A DNA stretch of 64,000 bases from Mobula hypostoma (Eukaryota). This document shows positions 61,838 through 64,000 of the stretch, piece by piece. The translations under genes were made by a program, and so were the position numbers. How positions within the stretch are numbered: the first letter of the stretch is position 1; every line of letters starts with the position of its first letter. Location of the stretch: positions 14,880,001-14,944,000 of the forward strand of contig NC_086125.1 in assembly GCF_963921235.1 (NCBI RefSeq), given 5' to 3'. A model generated the notes under the pieces. It was not told where the DNA came from. It saw nothing but the letters and a program-made list of their open reading frames with translations, and did not search any database.

Positions 61838-64000
61838 GTCCAGAAGATTGACTTTTTCAGCATGAAGTGTATTTATGTCACCAAGTAGAAAGTAACTACT
61901 ATAACACTACTAAGGCTTCATACGTGATGAGACCTGGGTGAGGCAGGGTGTTCAATAGACTCACGGCCGGGGGAAAGAAACTGTTTCCCTCCTATCAGTG
62001 CCTGGGCTAATGGTATGGTACCTGCTGTCTGATGGTAGGGGGTCAAAGAGTTTGTGGGTGGGATGGGAGGGATGCTTGACATTGCTAAGGGCCCTGCATT
62101 TGTAGCACCCCTGATAAATATGCTGAATGGGTGGAAGAGGGACGTCGATGATCCTTCCAGCGGCCCTCGCAATCCTTTATAGGGCCTTACTAGGTCATAG
62201 ACCATAAATATCAGAACAGCATGTACTATTGAGAAACAGAGGATCTGTAAAATATGTCCATATATCCTTGAATGTAGCAAATCTTGTAGGTGTCGTGATT
62301 TGGGAGGCATATGGAATGCTGGCCATTAATCAGGAAACTAAATACAGACTGTAGGGTGGTTTTATAAAACTTTGTTCTTATTTCATGCATTATGATCATG
62401 TTGTCACAGTGTGAAGAGGACACCATAGGGGCGTAGTGGTTAGCACAACAGTTTTCAGTACCAACAACCCAGGTGCAATTCCCACTACTGCCTGTAAGGA
62501 GTTTGTATGTTATCTCCATACATTTCCTCTCACACAGTTCAAAGACCCTACTGGAGGTTAATTTATCATTGTAATTGTCCTGTCATTAGGCTAAAATGAA
62601 ATCCAAGGATTACTGGGTGGCTTAGTTCAAAGGCTGCTGCTATATTTGAATAATAAAAAAATGCTGCCTGTGATAGAGCAATTTATTTATCTATAGAGAT
62701 GTGAAGCAACATACGTATATCTGCTGGTGTAAATTAGGTTAAAAAATGAGGTACGTAATGCTATAAGGTATATAGATCAGGCAGGCTCAGGAATCTTGTA
62801 CCTCTATCAGAGATAGACAAAACTCTATAGTTAGGGTAAAGGAGAGGAAATGTAAGGTACGTCTGTTGGGCACATTTGTCAGAGAGTAGTGATTACCTGG
62901 AATGCACTGTCTGAGAAAGTTGTTGAAGTTTGGCTGCTGACAGCATCTAAGAAATGTCTAGATGAACGTTTGAATCACTAAGGCACAAAGATATTAATGA
63001 ACCAAGTGCTGCTGGATGGCATTTGGTATCTAAAGGCCACTGGTCACAGGTCAAGTTGGTTCCATGCTGTACGGCTCCACGATTCTATGACAAGCAGTTC
63101 GTTTACTGAAGTCCAGACTGAGCTTGTGTGGCTGCCCAAAAGGAAGTTCAATAAGCACCAGAGAGACTTATCTGAAGGTTGACCCTGAGATAAGTGGGCT
63201 GCTGAACCTGCTCAGCTATGTATCCAGACCTGTGAGCACTTAGTGGGCGAGATTTGCTTCCTCATGAAGTTTGGCATAGGAGGAGGTGAAGGAAAAAAGT
63301 TCCTGTGTAGAGAATAGTTGTGGGCAATGCAATAACACAGATCTGGGAGGGGGATGGGTCGACCACTATTTTCCAGGTGATTGCCTCTGTGACCTCAGTT
63401 GAGTTCTCATTCTGTGAGGAGTACCTATACCTGACACCTGAGACACTCAGGGACCTGTGTGGTCAATTTTCTTTATAACAGGTCCTCTTGCTCTCTGCTT
63501 GAATATCATGACGTTATACAGCCAGATTTTGGACTGAGTTGTTGGTCCTCAGCAGTGGCTAAGGATTCTCATCCAACCTCTGGGTTGAGATTCCATAGCC
63601 ACTGCTCAGCCGGGCCTGATTCAGAGTGAGGTGAGGGGCTTCATTAATTACGAATTCCTTCCATCACACTGAGTATTGACAAGCACTCATAATTCCAATA
63701 GGTTCAGAGCCTGGCTAATGACTATTGTCAATAATTCCTGGCAAGAGAAGGTTAATGGATCTGCTCTTTAGCTGCATTTTCATAGCAGTGTCATGGCTTT
63801 TAGCAAAACCCTTCAACTTATGTAGCATTTTACAGTGACCAGATAGTCTGCGGTCTTCAAGGACATTGGTTAATCACCAGGAAACTGCTTTGACCAATCC
63901 CTGAGGAACCGTGAAGAAAATTGTAGTGTTGGAAAAGAGGGCCTACCTATGGTGTTGGGTATGCATCCAGAGACATGAGTCAAAAGCACATTGTTCTGTA

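Larger units (their letters stand above)
43450..64000 (+). repeat. Tandem array (macrosatellite-like) of ~3.1-kb units, 5 units plus start of a 6th, continuing past the window end
   Basis: Anchor CA(T/A)GAGGAAC recurs at 43856, 48355, 54401, 57801 and 61183. After subtracting private insertions the spacings are about 3.2, 3.1, 3.1 and 2.8 kb. The last bases of the window match 43475-43533. Confidence 0.95.

Overview
Eukaryotic, repeat-rich vertebrate DNA, most likely a cartilaginous fish (ray or shark), inferred from the CR1, Rex1/Babar, Penelope and tRNA-SINE content. There are no prokaryotic features and most ORFs in the supplied track are spurious or TE-derived. Manual splicing recovers one intact six-exon type II transmembrane C-type lectin receptor gene on the minus strand (CDS 22811 to 15699, 603 nt, 200 aa). 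Its lectin domain is non-canonical: QPN and WYE motifs, no N-terminal disulfide, one extra Cys. An orphan paralogous promoter plus first exon lies on the plus strand at about 32.6-32.7 kb. From about 43.45 kb to the window end runs a tandem array of roughly 3.1-kb units (5 units plus the start of a 6th). Each unit carries a dead 5' half of a paralogue of that lectin gene (promoter, exon 1, intron 1, first half of the TM exon) fused to Rex1, SINE and CR1 debris, and individual units later received private TE insertions. Other highlights are several Penelope-associated minimal hammerhead ribozymes (a tandem pair 342 nt apart and a ~205-bp inverted pair), a non-autonomous Gypsy element with ~1.4-kb LTRs and a 168-bp interior, a tRNA-headed SINE with a BovB/RTE-like tail, and a three-level TE nest. 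All homologies were judged by eye; no database search was run.
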